64,000 bases of DNA from a virus (lineage: Duplodnaviria > Caudoviricetes): the IMG/VR virus record IMGVR_UViG_3300024344_003081. One strand, written 5' to 3'. Below are positions 7,568 to 17,808 of the stretch, one piece after another. The number at the start of each line of letters is the position of its first letter. Position 1 is the stretch's first letter. The notes beneath the pieces are model-generated. The model was not told where the DNA came from, searched no databases, and saw nothing but the letters and a program-made list of their open reading frames with translations. A program made the position numbers and the translations under genes.

Positions 7568-7756
7568 ATGATAAAATTTATAGAAACATTTCAAAATAAA
7601 TTTATTAAAAAAGAAGAGTATGATGTAGAAATAGAACGGAATAAAAAATACGAAGTTAGATGGGTTTGGTATCATACAATTTTAGCAATAGAATTGTTAA
7701 TAACTAATGTTTTATTAATATGGATATTATTTAAAATATATGACTTACATACTTAG
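7568..7756 (+). CDS. small membrane protein
   Basis: AAGGAG SD; C-terminal hydrophobic helix. Confidence 0.5.
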   Translation: MIKFIETFQNKFIKKEEYDVEIERNKKYEVRWVWYHTILAIELLITNVLLIWILFKIYDLHT

Positions 7757-7773
7757 TATCCAGAAGGATCTAA

Positions 7774-7989
7774 ATGATTGAAAAATTGGCTCATAATCAT
7801 GAATATGTTTTTGAGATATTATATCATTTTAATTGTGGCAATGAAAAGTGTGGTAAGTGGTGGAGTTATGCAAAGACTCCTGATAATAAAGAAGAATTAC
7901 ATAAACAGAAGGTAGATGCTATGTATTGTCCACATTGTGGAATAAAAGGACATCTAAAAATAAAGGATAAATTTTTTAAAAATATTTAA
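7774..7989 (+). CDS. small zinc-ribbon protein
   Basis: CGNEKC and CPHC motifs. Confidence 0.55.
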   Translation: MIEKLAHNHEYVFEILYHFNCGNEKCGKWWSYAKTPDNKEELHKQKVDAMYCPHCGIKGHLKIKDKFFKNI

Positions 7990-7996
7990 GGACTAA

Positions 7997-8221
7997 ATGC
8001 AAAAAAAGCTATTATTAGTTTTTGTAATGATGGCGACATGGATGGTTGTAAGTTGTACAACAACATCTCAAACGGGATGTTATGGATTTTGGGAAGATAA
8101 TAAATGGGGATTAAAAAGGGGAACTATAGTTGGAAAAAATGCTAATTATAAGAAACCTTATCGACAATGTGTAGATGAGGATAATCATATATTAAATAAA
8201 GAAAAAAGACCTTATGGGTGA
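7997..8221 (+). CDS. small putative lipoprotein
   Basis: signal-like N-terminus ending VVS-C. Confidence 0.45.
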   Translation: MQKKLLLVFVMMATWMVVSCTTTSQTGCYGFWEDNKWGLKRGTIVGKNANYKKPYRQCVDEDNHILNKEKRPYG

Positions 8222-8312
8222 TTATGTTTAATAGAAACGAAATAATGTTTTGGATTTTTACACTTATTGTAGGTATCATGTTAGCATGGTCTTGTAGGTT
8301 AGAGGCAGTAGT

Positions 8313-8525
8313 ATGAATATTTGGGTAGAATATTTTAAAGTTCCTGAAAACAGTAAAAATAATCATGCTCAAATGAGAGAAAATCTTAAATGGGATCCTC
8401 CAGAACCTGAACATATAATGAAAAGATTTTGTCAATCAAGAGAAGATGCAACTACATTTGCTAATGCGATGTTACAGAAAGGGTACTATGCTACTATAAA
8501 AACGGACGGTGGGTGGAGAATTTAG
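8313..8525 (+). CDS. hypothetical protein
   Basis: ORF track; GAGG SD. Confidence 0.5.
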   Translation: MNIWVEYFKVPENSKNNHAQMRENLKWDPPEPEHIMKRFCQSREDATTFANAMLQKGYYATIKTDGGWRI

Positions 8526-8664
8526 AAAAAGAATCACTTATAGGTTTAAAATCGCATTATTCTGTTTATGGAGGACAAGATTTTTATATTGAAACTGTAT
8601 TACGATATAAAACTCCTGATGGATACAGGGGTAGCATAGTAAAAATTAGATCAAAAAAGGAGAA

Positions 8665-8877
8665 ATGAAAAAAAATAAACGTGTAAGACAAGAAAAGTCT
8701 ATTAAAAGGCTTGAAAACACCCTTAAAATGCATGAAGCTAATGCAGAACTAACAGTTGCTATTATGCAAGATAAAGTACTTTCTACCGGCTCTAAAGACA
8801 AAGTAGAGTCTGTTAGAAAGAAAAAGATAGAACGAATAAAGAAAACAATCGAAAACACAAAGAAAAGAATGTTATAA
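8665..8877 (+). CDS. basic hypothetical protein
   Basis: AAGGAG SD, Lys-rich ORF. Confidence 0.55.
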   Translation: MKKNKRVRQEKSIKRLENTLKMHEANAELTVAIMQDKVLSTGSKDKVESVRKKKIERIKKTIENTKKRML

Positions 8878-8880
8878 ATA
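8873..8880 (+). promoter_or_regulatory. T4-type late promoter
   Basis: exact TATAAATA upstream of the cell wall hydrolase gene. Confidence 0.6.
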
Positions 8881-8935
8881 TAGAACATACGGTTGATTTG
8901 TTATTCATGGAATCGTTAACAACCCGGAGAATTAC

Positions 8936-9544
8936 ATGTTAAAAAAGGTTTATGCTTTTTTGATGGTAATTGTCGCAACAATACTGATACCAGGAGTTGT
9001 AGGAGTACCACTTGGAAAATCAAGCACAAAAATTCTTATTCCACAACTGCCATCAGTCTCATTAGTCAAGACACAATCAATTAAAAATCCTAACTTAGAT
9101 ATAATCGTGCAAAATCAGGAGCAAATTACGTGTTTGGCAAAAAATATTTACTTTGAAGCGGCAACCCAATCAACTGCAGGAAAATTAGCAGTTGCATTTG
9201 TAACAAAAAATAGAGTAGATTCAACTCATTTTCCCAGTACTTTTTGTGATGTAATATATGAAGGCCCTCATTATGCCTCAGGACATCCAAAAAGAGATCG
9301 ATGCCAGTTTTCATGGTATTGTGATGGAATGGGAGATGATCCAAGAGAAGGATATGGTTGGAGAAATTCACAATCAGTAGCTAAATGGTTTTATGATCAT
9401 AAAGACAGACTTATGGATATAACAGATGGTGCAACGCATTATCATGCTAATTGGATGCAAAAATTTCCTAAGTGGTCGAGAAAATATAAAAAAAATGTAA
9501 CAATTGATGATCATATATTTTATAAACGGAGTTATAATTTTTAG
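8936..9544 (+). CDS. cell wall hydrolase, SleB/Hydrolase_2 family
   Basis: CLAKNIYFEA..AVAFVTKNRV..CQFSWYCDG..GATHYHA..DHIFY. Confidence 0.9.
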   Translation: MLKKVYAFLMVIVATILIPGVVGVPLGKSSTKILIPQLPSVSLVKTQSIKNPNLDIIVQNQEQITCLAKNIYFEAATQSTAGKLAVAFVTKNRVDSTHFPSTFCDVIYEGPHYASGHPKRDRCQFSWYCDGMGDDPREGYGWRNSQSVAKWFYDHKDRLMDITDGATHYHANWMQKFPKWSRKYKKNVTIDDHIFYKRSYNF

Positions 9545-9554
9545 AAAGTAAATT

Positions 9555-10559
9555 ATGATTGATAATGCAGATGTGAAAATTCCTCAGCATGAAAAAGGAA
9601 ATCTTGCGGAGAATTCTTTAGGAGGAACAGAACTTCTTTCAATGGAATTATTCCGCAGATTACCTGAGGAATATAAAGATAAATTTCAATTCGTGATTTC
9701 AAGAGTCCATAATATAGAAGAAGATAAACGTAGACTTTTTTGGATTCATGATCTTGCACAAGATCCTTCATACAATATTCTTAAAACTCAACTTGATCTT
9801 TTTAATAAATTAATTTTTGTTAGTCATTGGCAACAACAACAATTTAATACTATATTAAAAATTCCATATGATAATGGAGTAGTAATTAAGAATGCGATAG
9901 ATCCTATTCCGAAACATGAAGAAACAGAAACAAAGGATCTTCAATTAATATATGCTTCAACACCTCAGCGGGGTCTTGATGTTCTTGTGAATTCTTTAAA
10001 TTTAATAGATAGAAGTGATTTTCATTTACATGTTTTTTCTAGCTATAAATTATATGGTTGGGAAAAAAATGATGAGCCATATAAGCCTTTATTTGAAATG
10101 TGTGAAAAAGATCCAAGAGTAACTTATTATGGTGCAGTTCCTTATGATGAATTAAGGGAACATTGGAAAAATATGCATATATTAGCATATCCATCTACTT
10201 GGCTAGAAACTTCATGTAGAGTAGCTATGGAAGCAATGACGGCCCGTTGTGCAGTTGTTACTTCTAATTATGGTGCTTTACCTGAAACATGTGGTGAATA
10301 TGCTTACATGTACAATTATACAGAAGATAAAAATAAGCATGTTGAAAGATTTGCTGATGCACTTGAAGATGTTATGGATTCATATTGGACAAAAGATGTT
10401 CAAAAAAATCTTGACAATGCATTAGAATACGCATATACTCATTATAGTTGGGATAAACGTATCAATCAATGGATTGATTTTCTTGATAACTTAACATATG
10501 AACTAGATTATGCCGAAGAAGAAGTTAAAAAAGAAATCACTATTAACAAAAAAAATTAA
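9555..10559 (+). CDS. glycosyltransferase, GT4/GT-B family
   Basis: WIHD, YASTPQRGLDVL, YPSTWLETSCRVAMEAM..ALPET. Confidence 0.85.
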   Translation: MIDNADVKIPQHEKGNLAENSLGGTELLSMELFRRLPEEYKDKFQFVISRVHNIEEDKRRLFWIHDLAQDPSYNILKTQLDLFNKLIFVSHWQQQQFNTILKIPYDNGVVIKNAIDPIPKHEETETKDLQLIYASTPQRGLDVLVNSLNLIDRSDFHLHVFSSYKLYGWEKNDEPYKPLFEMCEKDPRVTYYGAVPYDELREHWKNMHILAYPSTWLETSCRVAMEAMTARCAVVTSNYGALPETCGEYAYMYNYTEDKNKHVERFADALEDVMDSYWTKDVQKNLDNALEYAYTHYSWDKRINQWIDFLDNLTYELDYAEEEVKKEITINKKN

Positions 10560-11703
10560 TAGAGTTATTGGTTCGGGAAGAACCTTTGATGAACAGAAGA
10601 TGGGAACAGAACCAGTCTTTGATGAAAATTCTACTCCATCAGATATCATGCATGGATTGAATTGGTATAGCCATTTTCATGAAGCAGATCAATCTAAAAA
10701 ATGGATGCTGGAATACATGAAACATTCTGGATATAGTAAAGAAGATATTCAGAAAGTAAGATCCTTTCCATGGGGAAAAGGTGGACTTCTTGTTGATGGA
10801 CCAAACGTTATTCATTTGAAGGGTGGAGGTTTTCTTGCTAGAATGATTATGAGAGGATATGAACATTTTCCCAAAGAGTATGTAGAAAAAATTAGTAATC
10901 TTATTGACTATAGTAGGAAAAAAGGCGAACTTGTTTCAAAAGAAAAATCTGCTGAAAAAGAAATTAACGGAAATGATAAACCGTCAATTCAAGATCATAT
11001 AAAAGAACAAGTTTCTTTATATGCTTCTGAACTAGAACAATCCATAGATGATTTTATAGACAACAATTATGAATCGACTATGAATGTATATGATTGGTTG
11101 GTTAGTAATAATGTAAAAGGATTGATTGCTAAAAAGATAGCAAAAAAGTTTGAACCTTATCTAGATGAAATAAGATTAATTCCTACAGATGAAGATATGG
11201 CTGAAGCATTTGCTCATATGAAGAAGAAACAACTTGTTAGTTATGAGAATTATATTCAATCAATTATTGATGACTGTGAACGATATTCTGAAAATGCTAA
11301 TAAGCAAAGAAAGCCACGAAAGAAAAAGCCCGTTTCAGTTTCGAAACAAATTGCTAAATTAAATTACAAAAAACAAGATGACGAATATAAAATAGCATCT
11401 ATCAATCCTTCTGAGATTGTTGGTGCTGATCGATTGTATGTATTCAATTCAAAGTATCGTAAACTTGGTGTGTATCAAGCAGAAGGTCATGCAGGACTAT
11501 CTGTAAAAGGAAGTACTCTCCGAGGATTTGATACATCACTTTCTAAATGTAAAAAAGTAAGAAAGCCAGAAGAAGTATTATCAAAAATGCTCTCTGGAGG
11601 TAAACTTGCTATTAAAAGACAGTACGAATCTATTAATTCTAAAGAAAAAGACTTAACGGGTCGTATTAACAATGAAACTATACTGCTTAAAGTTGTAAAA
11701 TGA
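10510..11703 (+). CDS. conserved T4-like phage hypothetical protein (upstream of rnh)
   Basis: SINPSEIVGA..YVFNSKYRKL..VKGSTL.GFD..RKPEE..GRIN.ETILLK motif. Confidence 0.7.
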   Translation: MPKKKLKKKSLLTKKINRVIGSGRTFDEQKMGTEPVFDENSTPSDIMHGLNWYSHFHEADQSKKWMLEYMKHSGYSKEDIQKVRSFPWGKGGLLVDGPNVIHLKGGGFLARMIMRGYEHFPKEYVEKISNLIDYSRKKGELVSKEKSAEKEINGNDKPSIQDHIKEQVSLYASELEQSIDDFIDNNYESTMNVYDWLVSNNVKGLIAKKIAKKFEPYLDEIRLIPTDEDMAEAFAHMKKKQLVSYENYIQSIIDDCERYSENANKQRKPRKKKPVSVSKQIAKLNYKKQDDEYKIASINPSEIVGADRLYVFNSKYRKLGVYQAEGHAGLSVKGSTLRGFDTSLSKCKKVRKPEEVLSKMLSGGKLAIKRQYESINSKEKDLTGRINNETILLKVVK

Positions 11704-12533
11704 TATTACTTGATTATTCACAAATCGTTATTGCGAATGTGATGATGAATAAGAAATCAATGTCTGAAGATTTTGTTAGACATGCGGTTTTAAATACTAT
11801 AAGAATGTATCATCATAAATTTACTGAAGAATATGGTGATCTGGTTGTTTGTTGTGATGCAACAAATAATTGGCGAAAAGAAGCATTTAAATATTATAAA
11901 GCACAAAGAAAAACAACAAGAGATAAATCTGATTTTGATTGGTCTGAATTATTCAGATTATTACACATGGTGCGAGAAGAAATAGCTGAAAATTTCCCTT
12001 ATAAGGTCGTATATATAGATAAAGCAGAGGCAGATGATATTATCGCCACTCTTATACTAAATAAAGATAAAGAAGAACCTGTTTTAATATTGTCAAGTGA
12101 TAAAGATTTTATTCAGTTACAAAAATACAAAAATGTTAATCAATATTCTCCTCTAAAGAAAAACTTTCTTGATACTGATAATCCAGAAAATTTTTTAAGA
12201 GAACATATTCTTAGGGGTGATGTAAGTGATGGTGTTCCTAATTTTTTGTCTAGTGATGATACATTTGTTACTGATAAAAGACAAACGCCATTATCAAAGA
12301 AAAAAGTTTCAGTTTGGTCCGAACTTGAGCCCGATGTATTTTGTCAGGGTGAACAATTACGTAATTATCGCAGAAATGAAATGTTAATTGATTTAACAAA
12401 GATTCCTGAATGGTTGCAAACTAATATTGTGGTTGAATATGATAAACAACCAGAGATTGGTAGAACTAAACTTTTTAATTATTTCGTAAAACATAAACTT
12501 AAAAATTTAATGGAGCATATAAATGAATTTTAG
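11700..12533 (+). CDS. rnh: T4-type RNase H / 5'-3' exonuclease
   Basis: ILLD.SQ, NWRK..YK..R, EADDIIA, SSDKDFIQL, GD.SDGVPN. Confidence 0.92.
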   Translation: MILLDYSQIVIANVMMNKKSMSEDFVRHAVLNTIRMYHHKFTEEYGDLVVCCDATNNWRKEAFKYYKAQRKTTRDKSDFDWSELFRLLHMVREEIAENFPYKVVYIDKAEADDIIATLILNKDKEEPVLILSSDKDFIQLQKYKNVNQYSPLKKNFLDTDNPENFLREHILRGDVSDGVPNFLSSDDTFVTDKRQTPLSKKKVSVWSELEPDVFCQGEQLRNYRRNEMLIDLTKIPEWLQTNIVVEYDKQPEIGRTKLFNYFVKHKLKNLMEHINEF

Positions 12534-12541
12534 GAGACATT

Positions 12542-13072
12542 ATGCCAGCTAAAATGACAAGTGATATATTATCAGTTGCAAATATGATGAAAACTGATGA
12601 AGAACGTAGTAATTATTTGCGACAAAATCCATCTAAAGCAGTAAAGGAATTACTGCGGCATAATTTTGATAAAGATATAAAGTTTTTGCTTCCCGAGGGA
12701 AGACCTGATTTAAAAGAAGATGAGTTTAATCCACGAAGAGGATTTATTGAAGGAGTTGATGATGGAGCTACTTTGAATTATGAAGTAAGAAAATTATATT
12801 TATTTATTGAGGGGGGACACCCAAATTTAACCAGCGTAAAGCGTGAAACTCTGTGGATCGAATTGGTTAATTCGTTACACCCCTCTGAGGCTGATGATCT
12901 TTGGCATATGAAGGATAAAAAACTTCAAGAAAAATATGATAAGATTACTCACCTCGTGGCTTATAACTCTTTTCCGGAGTATCTTCGACAACCCGAACCT
13001 GAACCTACTAGGGATAGTCAGGGCCGTTTTACAAGCACCAAAAAAACTAAGAAAAAGAAAGCAAAAAAATGA
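12542..13072 (+). CDS. conserved T4-like phage hypothetical protein
   Basis: LLPEG.P..LYLFIEGG..RETL..SLHPSEA motif typical downstream of rnh. Confidence 0.7.
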   Translation: MPAKMTSDILSVANMMKTDEERSNYLRQNPSKAVKELLRHNFDKDIKFLLPEGRPDLKEDEFNPRRGFIEGVDDGATLNYEVRKLYLFIEGGHPNLTSVKRETLWIELVNSLHPSEADDLWHMKDKKLQEKYDKITHLVAYNSFPEYLRQPEPEPTRDSQGRFTSTKKTKKKKAKK

Positions 13073-13779
13073 AAGTATTGATGACCTGTGCTGGCATGAA
13101 TACAGAGTTAAGGCCCTTTACGGATATGATGCCAAAGTGTTTATTGCCAGTGAAGGCGAAACCGATTCTATTTCACAATCTTGAATGGCTACAAAAATTT
13201 AATATTGATGAAGTAATTCTTACAACAAGTTATTATCATAATCAAATTGAATTAGCATTAAAAAAATTTGGAAGTTTTATAGTTAATACTCATAAACAAA
13301 AGGGCGGTGTTGGATCAGCACAGTCTTTGAGAAATTTAAGTTATAAATTTGAAAATGATGATTTTTTATTTTTACGTGGTGACAATTTATATAATTTTGA
13401 TATAGATAAACATTATAAATCACATAAAGATAATAAAAAAATGATTTCTGTTTTATCTCATATGACTATGGGAGATAGTAAATATAAAACTTTCATTAAA
13501 TATAAAAATGATTCTGATAAAATAGAAAAGATTTCAGTTAGACCTGATTATAAAATGACTAAAGAACTTTTAGCAACATCAGGAGCATGTTTTTTAAGTC
13601 CAACGATTTTTGATAAAATTGGAAAGAGGGACAGACATTTAATCGATGATATTTTTCCTAAACAATTGGAAGATATTAATGTAATAGTAGATAATGCTTC
13701 CGTTCAATTTTTTAATACTGCAAAAGAATATTTGTCAATTGCTAATTCAAAAGGCATGACTGGTATTAGTAGAATGTAA
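13069..13779 (+). CDS. sugar-phosphate nucleotidyltransferase (NTP_transferase)
   Basis: CAGMNTELRPFTDMMPKCLLPV (variant of G.GTRL.P.T...PK.L). Confidence 0.8.
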   Translation: MKVLMTCAGMNTELRPFTDMMPKCLLPVKAKPILFHNLEWLQKFNIDEVILTTSYYHNQIELALKKFGSFIVNTHKQKGGVGSAQSLRNLSYKFENDDFLFLRGDNLYNFDIDKHYKSHKDNKKMISVLSHMTMGDSKYKTFIKYKNDSDKIEKISVRPDYKMTKELLATSGACFLSPTIFDKIGKRDRHLIDDIFPKQLEDINVIVDNASVQFFNTAKEYLSIANSKGMTGISRM

Positions 13780-13789
13780 AAGGATTATT

Positions 13790-14071
13790 ATGCCAACATA
13801 TGATTATAAATGTACAAAATGTGGAAATGTCTTTGAAAAAGAATTAAAAATAGCTGACAGAAAGATTCCAACTGAATCTCCTTGTGCAGAAGATGTTCCT
13901 CAGACAAAACATATGAATTTTAAGTGTAATGGTGAAATAATACAACTGCTTTCTGCTCCAGGATTTGCTTATGATAATATCGGCCCAAAGAAACCAGATG
14001 CTTCTTTTAATGATAAACTAAAAGAAATAAAGAAGGCTCATAAGTATAGTACTTTACCTATAATTGAATAA
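13790..14071 (+). CDS. FmdB-family zinc ribbon protein
   Basis: MPTYDYKCTKCG..FE. Confidence 0.8.
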   Translation: MPTYDYKCTKCGNVFEKELKIADRKIPTESPCAEDVPQTKHMNFKCNGEIIQLLSAPGFAYDNIGPKKPDASFNDKLKEIKKAHKYSTLPIIE

Positions 14072-14721
14072 TGTTTATACATGAAAATGTTCTTGGTGAT
14101 TTAGAACTAAAAACTACAAATGAAAATGGAAAAAGATGTTATGTAACTCCTGATGGTGAAAAATATCCTTCCGTTACTACTGTACTTTCTGATTATAAAA
14201 AAGAAGGTATAATCAAATGGAGAAAACGTGTTGGTGAAAAACAGGCCAATAAGATTTCCACTCAAGCATCCCGCCGCGGTACAAAAGTTCATAAACTGTG
14301 TGAAGATTATTTGAATAACGAATTATCATTTGACGATTATACTCCTGATAATGTTGTTATGTTTAAAAGTATTCAATCTATTTTGGATGAAATAGAGTTG
14401 GTTTATGGCCAGGAACGTACACTATTTTCAAATCATTTAAGAGTAGGAGGAAGAGTCGATTGTGTTGGTAAATTTCGTGGAAAAAAACACATAATTGATT
14501 TTAAGACTTCAAGCAAACCCAAAAAAGAAGAATGGATTGATAATTATTTTATGCAAGGGTCAGCATATTCTGTTATGTGGGAAGAAATGACTGGCATATC
14601 TATACCTTATATCGCAATAATTATTGCTGTAGCAGATGAAATGCCACAGATTTTTATTGAACACAGAGATAATTGGATCGATAAGTTTATAGAGATTAGA
14701 AATAATTATGATAACACTTAA
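14071..14721 (+). CDS. PD-(D/E)XK exonuclease (T4-like cyanophage exonuclease type)
   Basis: YPSVTTVL..RGT.VH..E..GRVDC..IIDFKTS. Confidence 0.85.
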   Translation: MFIHENVLGDLELKTTNENGKRCYVTPDGEKYPSVTTVLSDYKKEGIIKWRKRVGEKQANKISTQASRRGTKVHKLCEDYLNNELSFDDYTPDNVVMFKSIQSILDEIELVYGQERTLFSNHLRVGGRVDCVGKFRGKKHIIDFKTSSKPKKEEWIDNYFMQGSAYSVMWEEMTGISIPYIAIIIAVADEMPQIFIEHRDNWIDKFIEIRNNYDNT

Positions 14722-15847
14722 TCTTGATGAGATCAAAAGAAAACCACAATTATTATCAATATTAGAAGAATTGAAACATGAAAAAGATTCAATTTTACTA
14801 TTTGATATGCCCGAAGGATCAAGATTATGGCCATTAGACGAAGAAGAAGACTTTTCTTATATTTTATTTTCAAAAGCACATGAAATTTTACAATATCACA
14901 AATTTGATGTTTGGTATTTGTGTTCTGATGTAAATATTAAGACCAGATATACAAAATGGTGTAAAAAAGTAGGTGTTGAAAAAAAGTTTAATGTATTATA
15001 TTTTCCATTTACTGTTAGATTAGATGTTATTGATTATATCAAACAAGAACACGTTGATTCTCTCGCCAATATTCCTAAGAAAAAAAATTTTATACAATTA
15101 ATTTGTAATCCTGATGTTTCTAGAATAGCAACTGTTAATCGTTATTATAAACATCTAAATTATGAATATTCTTTAGTTCCTCAGTTTCATAATGATCATG
15201 AAAATAATTTTGATATAAAAAATAGAATACTTACAGAAATTGAATTGTCTGATATATGGATTAATGATGTTGATGGAGGTAAAGAGTTAAAAGATTGGGA
15301 AACAATTACTGTAAATAATAAAAAACTTAATAAATATATTTTTAATGCATTTCTTCCTAAAGAAAGTTTTGAATCTTGTTGTGATGTAGTATTAGAAACT
15401 TATTTAGATGGTCCACTTTATTTTACTGAAAAAACATGGAAACAATTTTTGTTTCAAAAGCCTTTTATTATGATAGGCACAAAAGGTATTAATCATTATT
15501 TACAAGATTTAGGATTTGAATTATATGATGAAATTTTTGATTATGATTATGACTTAGAAGATAATAATATAAGAAGATTAGAGGGGTTTTGGACTCAAAT
15601 AGAACGATATTTAGACCTTGATGTTCCTGATTTTGAGAAGAAACTTATTATATTGAAAAAAAAGCTAATACATAATAGAAATACCTACATTAAATGGATA
15701 TCAAATATAGATAACGTATTAAATGATCATCGACCAGAATATGATGAGTTGGCTCATTATTTCTATCTTTATTCTACTTTTTACGAAAAAGAATATTTAC
15801 CAGATAAGGGGTTTAACATAATTAAAAAAATTTGTTTGGGGTGTTAA
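14708..15847 (+). CDS. GT10-like/GT-B-like hypothetical protein, copy 1
   Basis: DVVLET..FTEKTWK..KPFIMIG..LGFELYDEIFDYDYD; paralogs at 25561 and 41731. Confidence 0.5.
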   Translation: MITLNLDEIKRKPQLLSILEELKHEKDSILLFDMPEGSRLWPLDEEEDFSYILFSKAHEILQYHKFDVWYLCSDVNIKTRYTKWCKKVGVEKKFNVLYFPFTVRLDVIDYIKQEHVDSLANIPKKKNFIQLICNPDVSRIATVNRYYKHLNYEYSLVPQFHNDHENNFDIKNRILTEIELSDIWINDVDGGKELKDWETITVNNKKLNKYIFNAFLPKESFESCCDVVLETYLDGPLYFTEKTWKQFLFQKPFIMIGTKGINHYLQDLGFELYDEIFDYDYDLEDNNIRRLEGFWTQIERYLDLDVPDFEKKLIILKKKLIHNRNTYIKWISNIDNVLNDHRPEYDELAHYFYLYSTFYEKEYLPDKGFNIIKKICLGC

Positions 15848-16533
15848 TGGATTATGATTTTACAATAAGTAGTCATTGTAACGCCGCATGTCCTTCTTGT
15901 AAGAGATATGAAAGTCACAATAATCCGATTAATTTATATAATGAACCTTTGCATCCAGGATTAAATCAAATTCATATGGATTTTGATGAATTTAAATATA
16001 TTATTGAAAGAGATATTAATTTATTTAAAAACAAACTTGTAACATTTGAAGGTGAACTTGGGGATCCTATGGTTCATCCACATATAAAATCTTTTATAAA
16101 TTTTAGTACAGGTGTTTTTAAAAAATTAAAAATAGTTACTAATGGTGGAATTAGAAATGCAAAATTTTTTAATGATTTGGGAAATACATATAATAATTTA
16201 GAAATTATGTTTTCTATAGATGGTCTAGAAGATGATTTAAATGGGTTGTATAGAGTAAAAGTAAATACTAAAAAAGCAATTGGTAATATGGTTGCATTTG
16301 CTAAAAGTAAGTATGGAAAATCATGGGGAGTGAGTTGGCAATATCTTATTTTTGAACACAACTGGTTTGAAATACCAGAAGTTTTAGATTTTGCAAAATT
16401 ATACAATATACCTATTGTATTAAAAATAAATACTCGACCTAAATTTAGAATAGAAGATAGATTAATACCTAGTGTTGTTAAACAATATGAAAAAAATAAA
16501 TTTAAATTAAGCAATCTTGTTTTAGCGAATTAA
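15847..16533 (+). CDS. radical SAM protein (core only)
   Basis: CNAACPSC; GELGDP; TNGG; FSIDG. Confidence 0.88.
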   Translation: MDYDFTISSHCNAACPSCKRYESHNNPINLYNEPLHPGLNQIHMDFDEFKYIIERDINLFKNKLVTFEGELGDPMVHPHIKSFINFSTGVFKKLKIVTNGGIRNAKFFNDLGNTYNNLEIMFSIDGLEDDLNGLYRVKVNTKKAIGNMVAFAKSKYGKSWGVSWQYLIFEHNWFEIPEVLDFAKLYNIPIVLKINTRPKFRIEDRLIPSVVKQYEKNKFKLSNLVLAN

Positions 16534-17222
16534 TGTTACCTGCAGAAACTTTTATATACAATTTTGAAATTACATCGTATTGTAATGCTGATTGTCCTAG
16601 TTGTTTTAGAACAATGAATAAAAGTAAATTGCCACTTAGACATTTAAAAGTTGAAGATTTCGAATTTTTAATATTAAACAATATAAATTTTATAAAAAAT
16701 AATCGATACGAAATACAAATTGCAAAATTTTGTGGAGAAGTTGGAGATCCTCTGTTACATCCTAAGATTGATCAATTAATTGGTATAGCTGAAAGTGTGT
16801 TTAATAGAGTTGAAATTTATACAAATGGTGGACTTAGAAATACAACTTGGATAAAAAATCTATTTAGACGATATGGAAAAACTCGTTTTGTGTTTGGTAT
16901 TGATGGATTGTCTGATGAAACAAATCAAATGTATAGAGTTAATGTGAGAACTGATATTGCATTAAAAAATATGATTGAATCTGCAAAATATAGACCTACT
17001 AGATGGGAATATACGATATTTAGTCACAATTATTTAGAATTATTTGATGTGATAATGTTTGCAAAAAAACACGACTTAAAGTTATTATGTAGATTTAATG
17101 GCCGAACTTTTAATAAACTTGATGATGAAAATATAGTTAAGTGTGAAACATTACTTAAAAAACATAATACAGACTATTACATATGCAAAGAAGATGTGAG
17201 AATGAAGAAGAAATTAAAATAA
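16533..17222 (+). CDS. radical SAM protein (core only)
   Basis: CNADCPSC; GEVGDP; TNGG; FGIDG. Confidence 0.88.
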   Translation: MLPAETFIYNFEITSYCNADCPSCFRTMNKSKLPLRHLKVEDFEFLILNNINFIKNNRYEIQIAKFCGEVGDPLLHPKIDQLIGIAESVFNRVEIYTNGGLRNTTWIKNLFRRYGKTRFVFGIDGLSDETNQMYRVNVRTDIALKNMIESAKYRPTRWEYTIFSHNYLELFDVIMFAKKHDLKLLCRFNGRTFNKLDDENIVKCETLLKKHNTDYYICKEDVRMKKKLK

Positions 17223-17488
17223 AATGTGATTTTTATAATTATGAATCTGCTAGTTGGAGTCAATATGAAATAGATTTAGATTTAAATGTATTTCCTTGTT
17301 GTCATTATTATATGGACCACACTTTAACTAAAAAACCTAATAAGCATATTAGTCATATAGATAATAGTCTTAAAACCAATTCTTTAAATAATATTTTTAA
17401 AGAATATGATAAAGTATTAAATGAAAAACTTTGGAAAAATAAAAAAACATGTCCTCCTCTTTGTATGAAAATTTGCCGAAAAAAATAA
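17183..17488 (+). CDS. stand-alone SPASM/Twitch-like Fe-S domain
   Basis: C..EID...VFPCC..C..C...C, matching the C-termini of rSAMs at 49028, 50001, 56615. Confidence 0.65.
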   Translation: MQRRCENEEEIKIKCDFYNYESASWSQYEIDLDLNVFPCCHYYMDHTLTKKPNKHISHIDNSLKTNSLNNIFKEYDKVLNEKLWKNKKTCPPLCMKICRKK

Positions 17489-17808
17489 ATAATAATCAAC
17501 ATAATTTACCTGAAGAATTTGAAGATTTGGTTTATTGTATAGGATGGCATGAACATAAAAAATGGGCAGAAGTTGAAATAGCATCTGATTTTTCTGTATA
17601 TCCTTGTTGTGCTTTACATGCAGAGCATCAATTAAATAAAAGATTCTTAGATAAAAAATTAGATAGTTTTGATAAGGAATGGAATAATTTAAAGAAACAT
17701 AAATTGAAAGATATCTTAAAAATATGGAGAGAACATATTAAACCAGAATTTTGGAAAAAAGAAAAAACATTACCCGAATGCTGTAAAACATTATGCAAGA
17801 TAAAATAA
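17449..17808 (+). CDS. stand-alone SPASM/Twitch-like Fe-S domain
   Basis: C..EIA...VYPCC..CC..LC; start uncertain. Confidence 0.65.
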   Translation: MSSSLYENLPKKINNNQHNLPEEFEDLVYCIGWHEHKKWAEVEIASDFSVYPCCALHAEHQLNKRFLDKKLDSFDKEWNNLKKHKLKDILKIWREHIKPEFWKKEKTLPECCKTLCKIK

